This document shows, one piece after another, positions 1 through 64,000 of a stretch of 64,000 nucleotides of DNA (position 1 is the stretch's first letter; each line of letters starts with the position of its first letter). The notes below the pieces were generated by a model. It was not told where the DNA came from, did no database searches, and worked only from the letters and a program-made list of their open reading frames with translations. This DNA is from Schmidtea polychroa (Eukaryota), in contig CM097885.1 of NCBI GenBank assembly GCA_044892525.1, positions 36,396,001 to 36,460,000 of the forward strand, read 5' to 3'. Position numbers and translations under genes: made by a program.

Positions 1-165
1 ATATAAAATCATGAATTAACACATGAAATCATGAGTATTACCTTATTAAAATATCAGTTATCCTAAAGGTTTATGTAAAATGTGCATCACACAATGAAAG
101 CATAATGTTTATAGGAAGTTTTTAAGGGATTTTTAATATAATTAAGTGAAATTGTTCTACAAGAC

Positions 166-616
166 CAGTGTTGTCCAAACATTTTTGAGCCACGGCACAC
201 TTGGCTGAATTAATAATTTTCGCGGCACACCTAAATTTTTTTTTGCTTTATTTGCAATTTTTTATTGCACTTTTACTAATCTTTTAATAAGAAATGATAA
301 TAATCATAACTCCTGCGTCTTTACTTGTTTGAACTAAAAATCTCTTCATGGTTACACTAAAAAATATTATTATTTAATATTTAAGATTCTAAATAAACAT
401 AATTAAGCTGCTTACGTATTTTAGATAGTCAATATTTCTAGTAAGAAATATAAATATGATTGTAAACCAATAAATTTCGCTCTTAATTGACTGATTAACA
501 TTTAAATTTGAAATAACTGTTAAAATATCCACAATTCAATTTCCTTTTATTAAGTTGTTTGGAAAAACAGGGTTTTTTTTAAAAAAATTTCACGGCACAC
601 AGTTTGGACAACACTG
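166..616. mobile_element. hAT-family MITE
   Basis: Perfect 15-bp TIR CAGTGTTGTCCAAAC; perfect 8-bp TSD TACAAGAC; family fragment also at ~2822-2865. Confidence 0.92.
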
Positions 617-779
617 TACAAGACTGTCTAACCAATTCTCGAACAGTAGAAAGTAGGGATTTCTTACTTTTTTACAAATACATGACATGTTTTTATCTTA
701 TTACCTTTTATTTACGGAAATCCATAACTGTGCACGATTTTTAATTAATAATTCTAATTTATAACGAAAAGTTGATTAA

Positions 780-963
780 CCCCTTTACCGTGTGTTACGA
801 GTTAACTCGTCATCAGATGTTAAAGTCTTCTGTGTGCCGTGCATCCCGAGTAAACTCGTGTTAATACGATAATAGCATAGGAATTTTCACTTAAAAACAT
901 TTTATTTTGCCAGGACAACATAAGATATCAAATTATGAAAGAAAAAATACACGGTAAAGGGGG
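780..963. mobile_element. piggyBac-type MITE
   Basis: TIR CCCCTTTACCGTGT; TTAA on the left, TTAC on the right; internal ACGAGTTAACTCGT palindromes. Confidence 0.75.
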
Positions 964-2298
964 TTACTCTTTGTCATTTTAGTTATTAGAATCAAAAATT
1001 AATAGGTTTTAAAATAACCCTATTTAAGTTTAGTTTCATTAACATAATATATCGTTTAGATATAAAGGAATCATTGAAATTTTTAGTTGTCTCTGAAAAC
1101 CTTTTTCATATACTAATTTTCCATATTTTTAATCCATTATAGAAAATATTTGCTTACAACTAAATAGTCTCAGAAGGATATTTTATCATAAATATGTATA
1201 GTATCTCAGAAGATTTTGAAAATTGTAATATATTAAATCGTTGATGCAAATATTATTTATTATTATTATCACTGATCTTTGTTCTTTGACAGAAATAAAT
1301 AATTTTTTGGTTAATTATATCAGTTAAATATAATTATATTATAAATTTTTATTAAATTGTCACATTACCTACTACAAAATAATAGATAAAACCAACCTAC
1401 AAATTCGGTCTTAATCACTTAAAAAGTATTTAATGAAAACTAAACATCGTTCTTAAAACAAATTGACTAGAAATTAACAGTTTACCCAACAATATTATAT
1501 ATTATATTCGTGAGTATCAAAAGACTATCAATATATAAACTGATCAAGTCTTCAAGCTCTTTTTTAATAAATTCAATGGAAAAAAAATCAGTGGTGAAAT
1601 TGGAAAAAAAAGTTCTTATAACAATATATATACACCTAATTCTGTTTTTACACGAATTAAAAAGAATTTTTTTTCTCTCTTTTTTCAGGAATTGCTTTGT
1701 TTTAACACGATTTTCAATATTCTATGAATTTTTTTTTTGATGTTCTATTAATTTTTTTTATTTTCATTTTTCACAAATTATGTATACATTTTAACTTCGC
1801 ATTATATTCTTCAGAATTCAGTTAGATTATGCGTATGTTTTCTCTTTGGGTGGATTCTCCGAAATATACATAAAGTAAAAACGTAATGTACTTTGTATAC
1901 AATTTAGTTTGGTTTTGAGAATTGAAAAGAAAAGACGTTTAGTTGTTGTGAATGTTTAACAAGTTATAAGTAAAATAAGGTGCTCGTATAGATTTATTAA
2001 CCCAAATAACAGGTAAGCTTTAAATGACTTTCAAATCTTTGTATTATTAATTATAATTATAGATTAAATTTATTTTGGTAGCCTTAACATAATGTAATAT
2101 TGAATTAAAATGTGTAAGCACGAAAATGAAATTCTTTTGTGAACTCTAACAAAGATTTTTTTATATTTATTATTATACTTTTGTTTATTTATTGTACTTT
2201 TGTTGCTTTATTAGGCATGGAACCAATCTACTATCTTTTCATTCAGCCAATATCTTTTTTACACGAATTTTTTAGGAACGTATCTATTGTGTAAAAAC

Positions 2299-2303
<5 letters not shown>

Positions 2304-2362
<59 letters not shown>
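2304..2362. repeat. (AT)n microsatellite
   Basis: Direct. Confidence 0.95.
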
Positions 2363-2365
<3 letters not shown>

Positions 2366-3327
2366 TTCCTTTTTTAAAAAGCAATTTCCCACTTTCCTAG
2401 TTGATATTCCTCAAAACTCTCTTACTTATGATAATAACTACCTAAAAGACAGGACTTAATTCAGTGGAAAATGACGTCTTTAATATTGATGATTCCTTCG
2501 AAACCCTGAAAACCAATTCTGATCTCACTAACTAACTAAAATCTGATTTCATAAAATTTCTCAAATAATAATCAACAAACTCAAATACTGTTTTAATTAA
2601 AAAGAAACTATTCAAACAAATACCTAAATTAGTCATGGGCAACAATTTCTCGTCAATTTGATACATAAATTTTATAAAACTTGAGATTAAGTCTCTCTTT
2701 GGAAATTAGATTCTTTTCGACGAAATGTTTATAGTCCTAACAATCCATCCTAATCTGATTGTATCTTACGTCAATTCGCAGATGAAAACTCTTCCAAGGT
2801 AAGAATTTAGCTAAAAGAAAAATTTTCGCGGCACACCTAAATTTTATTTTGCTTTATTTGCAATTTCCCCAGTAATTTTAATCCTGGAATCGGTTAAAAA
2901 TTTCCATTAAAAAATATTTATAAATATTGAAAACAAGCAAAAATACCCCAATTGTATGTTCAAATTTTAACCAACCATAAATATTTTATTTATCTTGACT
3001 TTTTGCAAAGATTTACCCAATCTTCTAATGTTATTGACCAACTAGTTTGTTATTTCAGAAGAGTAAGTTTTTGCAACTTGTCAAAATTAAGAAAATATTT
3101 GCTGGTATCTTTGTCATTTATTTTATTTTAAAAAGAGGAATGTGTGAAGATGTGAAAATAAACTCTTCATTTATACAATTGCATATAATACTAATAATTG
3201 TAAATTTGTAGTTGTAAATAGTTTTAATAATGGGATTAATAACACATTGGTAAATTTTTTTTTCATATTTAGAATTGATCGACAATAGTAGTATGTTTAA
3301 TCATTGTATAACCACTCTCCTTATCCT

Positions 3328-3482
<155 letters not shown>

Positions 3483-3650
3483 ATCAATATATTTACTGAT
3501 TCGTAGTCAATAATTTTAATAAATAATTTTTAATAAATACAATTCTCAATGTATGTATGTGAATGAGTGATTATGGAATAATACCTAATTAAAGTCACCA
3601 AATGGCAAATTTTATTGTAACTTTTAATTTTAATCGAGAACATGGAATTT

Positions 3651-56135
<52,485 letters not shown>

Positions 56136-56976
56136 TTTAAAATTATCAAATATGTTATAAAAATATTTAGACCTAAAACATTAAATTAATTATAATTATT
56201 GTTATATTTATTAAATAAGGATAATTTACCTAGTTATTTCAAATATATTGAGTTAAAGTAAATGTTCGTTCAAAATAAAATAGAATTTATTAATTAAAAT
56301 AACCAATTTATTTAAATTTACGCGGTAACAATAAATCATTTTATATTATTGAAATAAATATTTTCAAAATTTAATTTCAATATTCTTATTTCTAAATATT
56401 ATTTTTTTCAAAAATCAGTTGTTAAAATAAGAAAACTTTAGGTGTTAATAACTAATGTTAATAATACAATAAGAAGATGGCACTGTTTGTGCTAACTGCA
56501 AAATTATGTAAATTTAATACAGATATCATGTAAATAACAATAGTTACATTCTATTCTGAAATTTTCGGTTTAAATTTTAGAAAAGATGTTAATTCAAAAT
56601 GTTAAAAGATAAATGCGAATTATGGTTTAGGCACAACCTTACTTGAATGCGGAAATTGGTCTACAACCAAAATGATTTGATGCAGCTGTGGTGAATCTTT
56701 TGTTGGTTACTTAGGGGTGTGTCATTTTTACATTTTAAATTACGTTAGGGGTAATCATATTCGTTTTGTGTACCCATGGCGACGACCATGTTGGTATTGT
56801 ACACAAAGGTGAAAAAACAATGAACAGGTGAGCTCTATTACTAAAACTACTCCCCATTGTATTTTCTTTTCGGGTTCTAGATTGCCGATAGAAGGTCTTA
56901 CGTCATTATCCACTATGTATGCTGCTTTTAGATCATTTGTGGTCCTCAATTATGGGTATTTCCAATTGTTCTCTTA

Positions 56977-57160
56977 AAAAATTTTTCGCAGGGATCCGTC
57001 CTTATTTTCCATCTAATAATTATTGTTCTATATTTCCTATAATATCCAAATTATCCTTCAAAAATTTGAGCAGGGATTGGCCCTTATTTCCAAGTTAATC
57101 CACACTTCCCATAATATTTAAATTATTCTTCAAAAAATTTGTGCAGGGATCTGCCTGTAT
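56977..57160. repeat. Three tandem ~72-83-bp repeats (AAAATTT..GCAGGGAT..CC.TATTT)
   Basis: Direct; possibly the subterminal region of a DNA transposon. Confidence 0.6.
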
Positions 57161-58689
57161 TTATAAGTGAAACCTATTTCTGACTAGAAAATACTTACGG
57201 AGACGGACCAGGGGAGAAGCCTCCTCGTTATGGCCCGATCAATCCGAGTGAATCTGAAAAGCCAGCTGATCTAATCGCTCTAGGAACAACTAGTGTCCCT
57301 TAGGCTGGGCCTACTGGATCTCAGCTTCACTGTAACTATTTTTCATAAATAATAAGTCTAACAATTGAACCCAATAAAAATTATTATCCAAAACTTAAAA
57401 ATTAAATGAAAATTAAACCATTTATACCATTTAATAACAAAACTAAATTGAATATAAAATTTATTTAACTTAAAACATTACATAAAAATTTCATATTAAA
57501 ATAAAATTACCTAATCCAATCTATCGAAAATTGAGAGCATATGTTCACTACCTGACAAACGATTTGTGGTGTAAATCTGAAAACTAGTTTAACAAGTTGA
57601 ACAACTGAAATTCAATCCGTATTTATACTGATTGAATTGTAAGCCTATGCATTCTCTGCTACTATATCCAATTAGAATGCGAGGCAATTCTGATTAATTT
57701 TTGCATGCATGCGTGAATGTGTGCAATTGTTTAGTTTTTAATTTAATTAATTTAATTAATCAAAATTCTATTTTTTATTAATTTTTAAGAATTATTTTTA
57801 TAATTCTATAATTTAAATAGTTTTTGCTAATTTTAATTTAGTTTTACAAGTTTTTATAATTTAAATAAGTTTAGTTAACTTTATTTTAGTTTCATTGATT
57901 TAAACAATCTGGTTTTATAAATTTCATAATTCATCTAATTTTTCTACTTTTATTCTACTTTTTATCATTTTATCAGTTAAATAGATATTTTATTTTAAAT
58001 TTTGAATTTATTTATTTAACAATTTTTCATATTATTAATTAATTTATTATCCATTATTTTATTATTATTTTATTTTTTTGTTGTTAGCTATTCCGAATGT
58101 GATGTTTCTCCTAATTGTGTTAGTGATTGCGACCTTTATTTTCGTTCCTTTATTTTATTACCCGGGTCTTATTTATCATCAATGTGTTATGCACTTTAAT
58201 TTGTTTTGATTGGTGTTTTAATTTAACTTGGTGCGATTTTTATGTTATATATTTTTGATTCATTAAAACAAGCTCTCAAATCTCGGTTCCAGCCCAACTC
58301 TTTCAAAAATATACATGAATGTTTTCAATGACTCTTGTGTTATGTACATTTTTTTATTTTTTAATTGATTTTTATTTTTTTTAATTGAAAGATGCTTTAG
58401 GAGGGAAATGCTTGGTCTCGTGATATGATGACACTCACTCGACTGCGGGATCTGTATGGATTCGCGAACGGAATCGATAATCCTTTATGATTGCTCTTGG
58501 AATTGTAATTTTGAAATGACGAATGACCCATGATCCTCAACCCGAACTTTTTCTATTGTTTCAATTTGTTGATTCATTTTACGTACATGTTCTGGCCTGA
58601 ACCAGGTAGCTTTGATTCTTCTACAGGAAAGGACTGGCACACCGGGGCACCTGGTTATTTAGATATTGTGGGCCGTTGTAAAACCTAGA

Positions 58690-59100
58690 AAAATTACAAT
58701 TTTTCGCTTCTTGCAATCGGCGTTTTATAGATATATAACATTTTCAATGATTTTTTAACAATCTTCATCATTCTATTTTTCATTTATTCAAATGTGACGC
58801 CTTTATCTTTAAATCCATCTTAAATTTGTATCAGCATACTTTTCGATTTTCTGGAAAAACAATATGACGGAATCTTCTCCTTATTTATATTGCAAGGCTT
58901 CCACAAGTCTTCAATAATTAAATGAGATTTCACAAGAGCTAATTTGAATCTTTCTTTGAAGTTCTTCATATTGTCAGTTTCTTCATATTTCTTGAGTTCA
59001 TTCATTGTCATAAACACATGACAAAGTTTTCATAAAATCGTTTTTCGGTATTCAACAGCTTGAAAAATCGCTCTCTATTTAATTAACTTCAGAACATCCT
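58690..59100 (-). mobile_element. Possible Penelope-like ORF N-terminal remnant
   Basis: LALVKSHL..C..IPSY resembles the PLE N-terminal H..C..IP pattern. Confidence 0.3.
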
Positions 59101-60548
59101 CTACAGTGTATTTCCAAAGTGTTTGGATGTTTTACAAAATTAGCTAGGAGGTTGGTTGTGTGTGGAACCTAGTGTTTATTGTATCCATTTAAATTAACTA
59201 AAAATTCAATATTCAAAAATTTATTATTATTCACAATATATAAACGATTGTTTTACGTCAACAATATCTTGATCAAAAAAACATCAGAAACTTTATTCTA
59301 CAATCATTCCATAACATTATATAATTATATTATTATTATATTTACATTTAAATTGTTAATATATCATTTACAATTATTATTTACATACTATACTTATTAA
59401 ATTCTAAATTAATTAATATACAATGTTTAAATTAGTTAACATACCTTATTTAACTTATTCCTTACACTCACATTGAGAATTTTAATAAAAATGAGGCATT
59501 ATATTAAAGATTGCAAATTTAAATGACATATTACCAGGAAAGAAGATATTAAATGAAATTAACCTTTAACAGGCATAAGCATAGCACGAAAAAAGTCCTA
59601 TTAGAAAATGCTGTCAATTTATTTAAAATGGTGGACTTGTCAGATATAAAAGAATTAATGAAAATTAAACTAATAAAAATTTTTAGTAAAATATATTTTT
59701 TTAATTTATAAAATATAATTACAAAAACAATCAAGTCTCATAATGGAGGTCTCTGAAAATATTAGACTTATGATATAGGACATTTGCCACAACCATCAAC
59801 GCAAGAATGCTATAGTGGGATTATAAAGAACAATTATTGTATGGAAATAGAGAAGCAGTTGATATACCTGATAATTATACGGAACATAACATGACAATCA
59901 CGATACCAAAGGAAATTTTCATCAGTCAAATAAACGAATTTGTACGTAAAGTTGTTGGATTGGGCAGATGAATTTGTAAACATCCCACTATAACTTATGT
60001 GACATATATTAACAAAAATGAATGATAATCAATGAATGAAATATTTTATAAAGAAAATTCACCAGAAAAACAGTTTATTATGGCTCTAATTATACCTCAA
60101 ATATCATGGTAATGCTAAAGGTGATAGCATGAATATTTTAATATTCTTAAATGCAGAATACTGATGTCGGATAACAGAGATGAAATACTGCCATCGATAA
60201 AAAAGACTATCAAATATACTAAATATTTTGATTAGGAAAAGAGAATCTTATTTGAATCTTATTGGAATTTTATTTCATTCCAATTATTACCGAAAGGAAT
60301 GTTTTTAAATATCCATGTGTCAAATTTCGACACAAGGGATAGATTTGATGGAGAGTGGAGCGTTGTTAGACGAGTAGAGCTTTTTCAAGTATGGATTGCA
60401 TTCAATCCAATAGCTACTTGTGCAGAATATTTTTATGACCATAATTTTGATGTTCAGATTTAGAAAATATGTGGTACATGGTGGGTTACAGGTAGTCAAC
60501 ATTTTTCCTTTTCGGGCTGTTTCCAGCGTAATCCAGGATACAATAGAG

Positions 60549-61263
60549 CAAGGGTGGGCACGCATGGGTTCAATAAGAGCCATTTTCCGAAAATTTATTT
60601 TTTACAGAGCCACCATAGTAAAGTACATATTTTTTTTTATTTCATTAATTTGATTAAAGAGACTTAAACGCTATTAAAAAAAACAAAATAATTATAAAAA
60701 CTTTTCTGTCCATTCTTCTTGAAAAGTTCTATTTTCTTGTCTGTATTTTCGTTTTTTGATGTTTTTTGATGTCATTATAATAATAAATTTAAATAACTAT
60801 ATGGCTGAAATTTAAACAAAATAATAAAAAGACATTAATTTAATTTTAATTAGTTTAAAATTTTAAAATGCTTCATAAAAAAACTTCTTACCAAATTTTT
60901 CATAAAACACGAATAGAAAACTATACTAAAATATACAAACGACCGCAATCTTGTACAAACAAAATAATAACCAATCAAAATTCACTAAATTTATTTTTGA
61001 TGCTTCTCTCTCGTTGTTATAACAAAGCGCCGCCTACTACAAAATAATTTTAAAAAGCAGTAAAATGTGAAAAACAATGTTTCGTTAATTTTTGACATTT
61101 ATGAAAATACAATTGCAACAAAAATTTTTTTCTCAAAACATTTAGTGAAAAATTTCAAAATAAAAAATCGAATTCGATTATCAAGAATTCAATTATCAAT
61201 GAGCCGCAGTTTACTCAACGAAGAGCCGCATGCGGCTCTAAGAGCCGCATTTGCCCACCGTTG
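60549..61263. mobile_element. hAT MITE
   Basis: TIR CAA(G/C)GGTGGGCA; perfect TSD CAATAGAG; GAGCCGCA subterminal repeats. Confidence 0.9.
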
Positions 61264-63674
61264 CAATAGAGTGCTCCAGCTTGATACCCGCTGAGTGATC
61301 AACGTTGGTACTGTTCAAAGTGGGTGAGTGCCAGCATAAAATGAGCGCGCTTCTCGTACTATAATTGGCAAGTACTCGATAGGATTCACGGACTGCCGAT
61401 AGAAGACCTATGTCCAATTTGCTCTGGTCCTTTTCTCTGAATTATTTTCCCAATTTTACTACAACGCTCATCATGCTCATATCTCATTGACTCATCTTCA
61501 GTCTGTCCATTCCTGTCCGGACGCTTCCTCTTGGCCCAGTCGGTGGACGGCTCCGGTGGATATATCTACCGGATGGATTTGTTCCGCGGCATCTAGATCA
61601 AGGTCCCTTTTAGGAGGTTCCTGTTGTTATGGGTGTATTATTTTGAGTTGTTTGTTGTTTTTATTTAATGCTTCGTGTAAAATAGGAATGTTGTAGAGCC
61701 CAGGCGAGTCTCCAGTAAATAAACTGTCTCGGGACAGCTGAGATGAATTAAAAATAATGATAAAAAAATTGTAACAAACAATAACTATTTTTCAACATAA
61801 AACTTTTATTTATGAAACAATAAAAGAAGAACCTTCGTTATTTTTTGTATTTATTTTCACGATTTTCGAGTTGGGTGGATTGTCGAATTGTCGGAGAATA
61901 ATCTAGATTTAGTATTTGGATCTTTTAAATTTTCTCTTTATTAGTTTTCGGCTTCCTTAGAATAATACTAAATAACTGAATTCTTTTGTTAGTGGATTGT
62001 CGGATAGCCATGTTGGGCTAAAACTGATTTCTAGACCAAAAACTGTATTTTGTTACTGAGGTGTGTTGGTACATAGCACGCATACCTAGCAATAAGTTTA
62101 ATGAAATATAAAGATAAAAATACATCAAATAAACAATATTAATAAAGAGCAAAATAACAAAAAATAAACACTGAAATTAAATAAAATGATACAAATGCAA
62201 GAAGTATTACAAGAAAACTAACTCAAATATAACAAAGACACATAGAACATCACAAAAACAGACTCGAATGACATAGAAAGATAGAAAAATACTAAATTCT
62301 AGATGAAATTCCAGAACAGTTCATAAAATGGCGACATCCATCATAAAAGCCATGTAAATCAACAAAAGTTTAATTCGATTTAAGCGTGGATCATTTGAAA
62401 ATTAACCGACTACATTAATTGTGATGTGCTGTTGAAGTTGAGTCAGAATATAAAAAAGCTGTTTACCTCCTTCAGCCGAACTCGATTTGAGAGAGTATAC
62501 CCTTAGTGTTATGTATTATAACTATTTGAATGTAGAGTTGAAATATGTAGTGTTTAATGTGGGAATAGTCCATTAATTAAAATTTACCTATTTTTTCGGG
62601 GGAACTCGACTCGGTACGATAGGTCCTAGTGTTATGTCGCGGTCGACGTTCCAGCAATACGTTAACTCGATTTTAGCCACGACAGAGGAACCCATGAACT
62701 CCGCTGCACAATACCACAAAGTCGGTAGGACCTCTGGTGATAACTGAGATTTATGAATTTTAAATACATGCTAGGTCGCAGACCTACAAAGTCGTTGAGG
62801 GTTGTGGACCCGTCAACAATGGTGTATTTTTTTAATCAGATACAGGGCTGGCAAGAATCCTGCGCATGAAAATGACACAAAGATTCTACTCAATTATTTT
62901 TTATTAAATTTGCCTCCATGATGGATATGGACAATTCCAGAATATTCCAGAATATACCTAATTCTTATTTTAATTGCTTTTTTATTAATTTATTTTAGGA
63001 TTTGTCGTTATTTTGAAACTTAAATATTTATTTTTATAAATTTTTTTTGGTCGTATGATGGCCATGATGGATTTCGCCATTTGTTCGGTTGTTCTGGTTT
63101 TTTATTCAAATTTCTGCACAATTTTTTCTTTAACCCTCCAGAGGGCGCGTTGGGTCTCACAGACCCAGACGATCTTTTTTAGCGTAAAAAATTGAGTTTG
63201 AAAAAACGTCATAGCCGGTAAGATATGTCTCCTTAAGAATGTTACAAATGCTTCAAGAGAAATATATGGATAAATATGAATATTTACAAACGACAACGAG
63301 TGAAGAGGAAAATTAAAAATTGAGTTTTTTAGCGCGCGCTCTGCAGGGTTAAATTACGTTTCGTCGTGATTTTATGGAAATTTCTTTAATTTCCTTTGTT
63401 ACTTTTACTTATCATCTTTATTCGTATTTGTTTATTGTTGTTATGTGTTTTTAGTTGTATCTAAGTAGATTTTGTAAGATACTTCTTGGTCGTGTTTTTA
63501 TTTTTAATTCAAGTGTTTTATTATTGGGTATTTTGCTTCTCTATTATACCTATTTATTTGATGTTTATTATATTTCATCTTAAATACTCTTACTGTTGGG
63601 TATGCGTTTTGTGTACCGACACACATCATCACAATTTTAACTTTTGGGTCTAAAATTCAGTTTTAAGCCCAACA

Positions 63675-63900
63675 TACATAATGGTGGGTTACAGTTAATC
63701 AACATTTTACCTCATCGTGCTGTTTCCAGCTTAAACCAGAATACAATAGCGATTCTACCACTTGATGTTCGTTGAATGATCAACGTTGGTACTGTATCAA
63801 GGGCTTGAGCACAGGCAAAAAGTGAGCATGCTTGTCCAGCACTCACTTGGGTTCACGAACTGCCGATAGAAGGCCTGTGTTCGATTTATCTGGTCCCTCT
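63675..63900. repeat. Dispersed repeat homologous to 60475-60548 joined to 61264-61430
   Basis: Shared ATGGTGGGTTACAG, GCTGTTTCCAGC, GATCAACGTTGGTACTGT, CTGCCGATAGAAG. Confidence 0.75.
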
Positions 63901-64000
63901 ATTGGATTGTGTCTCCGAACTCCAACCCATCACTATACCTCAATTAGAGTCTTTTGAAATCGAATCACGTATCATACTGAAACGAATCACATTATAATTA

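Noticed and set aside
56173..56229. 5'UTR intron of ANKRD27
   Set aside because: A 57-nt GT-AG intron is plausible, but cannot be supported without transcripts
57195..57335. GC-rich stretch as a tRNA or ribozyme
   Set aside because: Could not fold it into a cloverleaf or a known ribozyme core by eye

Overview
Very AT-rich eukaryotic DNA with (AT)n/(AAT)n microsatellites and many 43-61 nt introns; a planarian-like invertebrate is my inference, not proven. One host gene dominates: a minus-strand ANKRD27/VARP orthologue with 22-23 coding exons and about 1090 aa (ATG at 56135, 3' end about 3651). It has an N-terminal domain, a VPS9 domain, two ankyrin clusters and two CHPLCxC zinc fingernails, and all exons join with GT-AG sites and consistent phase. 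Its introns and upstream region are full of mobile DNA. Most notable: (1) a 12.8 kb non-coding foldback element (18523-31351) with ~5 kb modular inverted arms, a nested inner TIR element and a near-9-bp TSD, inside one intron; (2) a 371-bp tandem unit with a degenerate type I hammerhead (retrozyme-like, 40711-41171), plus three minimal U3-A8 hammerhead motifs with covarying stem I (Penelope-type); (3) a 14-bp GC-rich dyad (CGCGTCTGTGTGCG...CGCACACAGACGCG) found twice, each 150-170 nt before an unrelated intronless cargo ORF (an RNF126-like pseudogene and an unknown Cys-containing ORF); (4) a MULE transposase split by two nested insertions, which creates chimeric ORFs. Also present: DD39D mariner, piggyBac, hAT, pogo/Tigger, Helitron, Gypsy and LINE remnants and MITEs. 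All calls are by eye; no searches were run.
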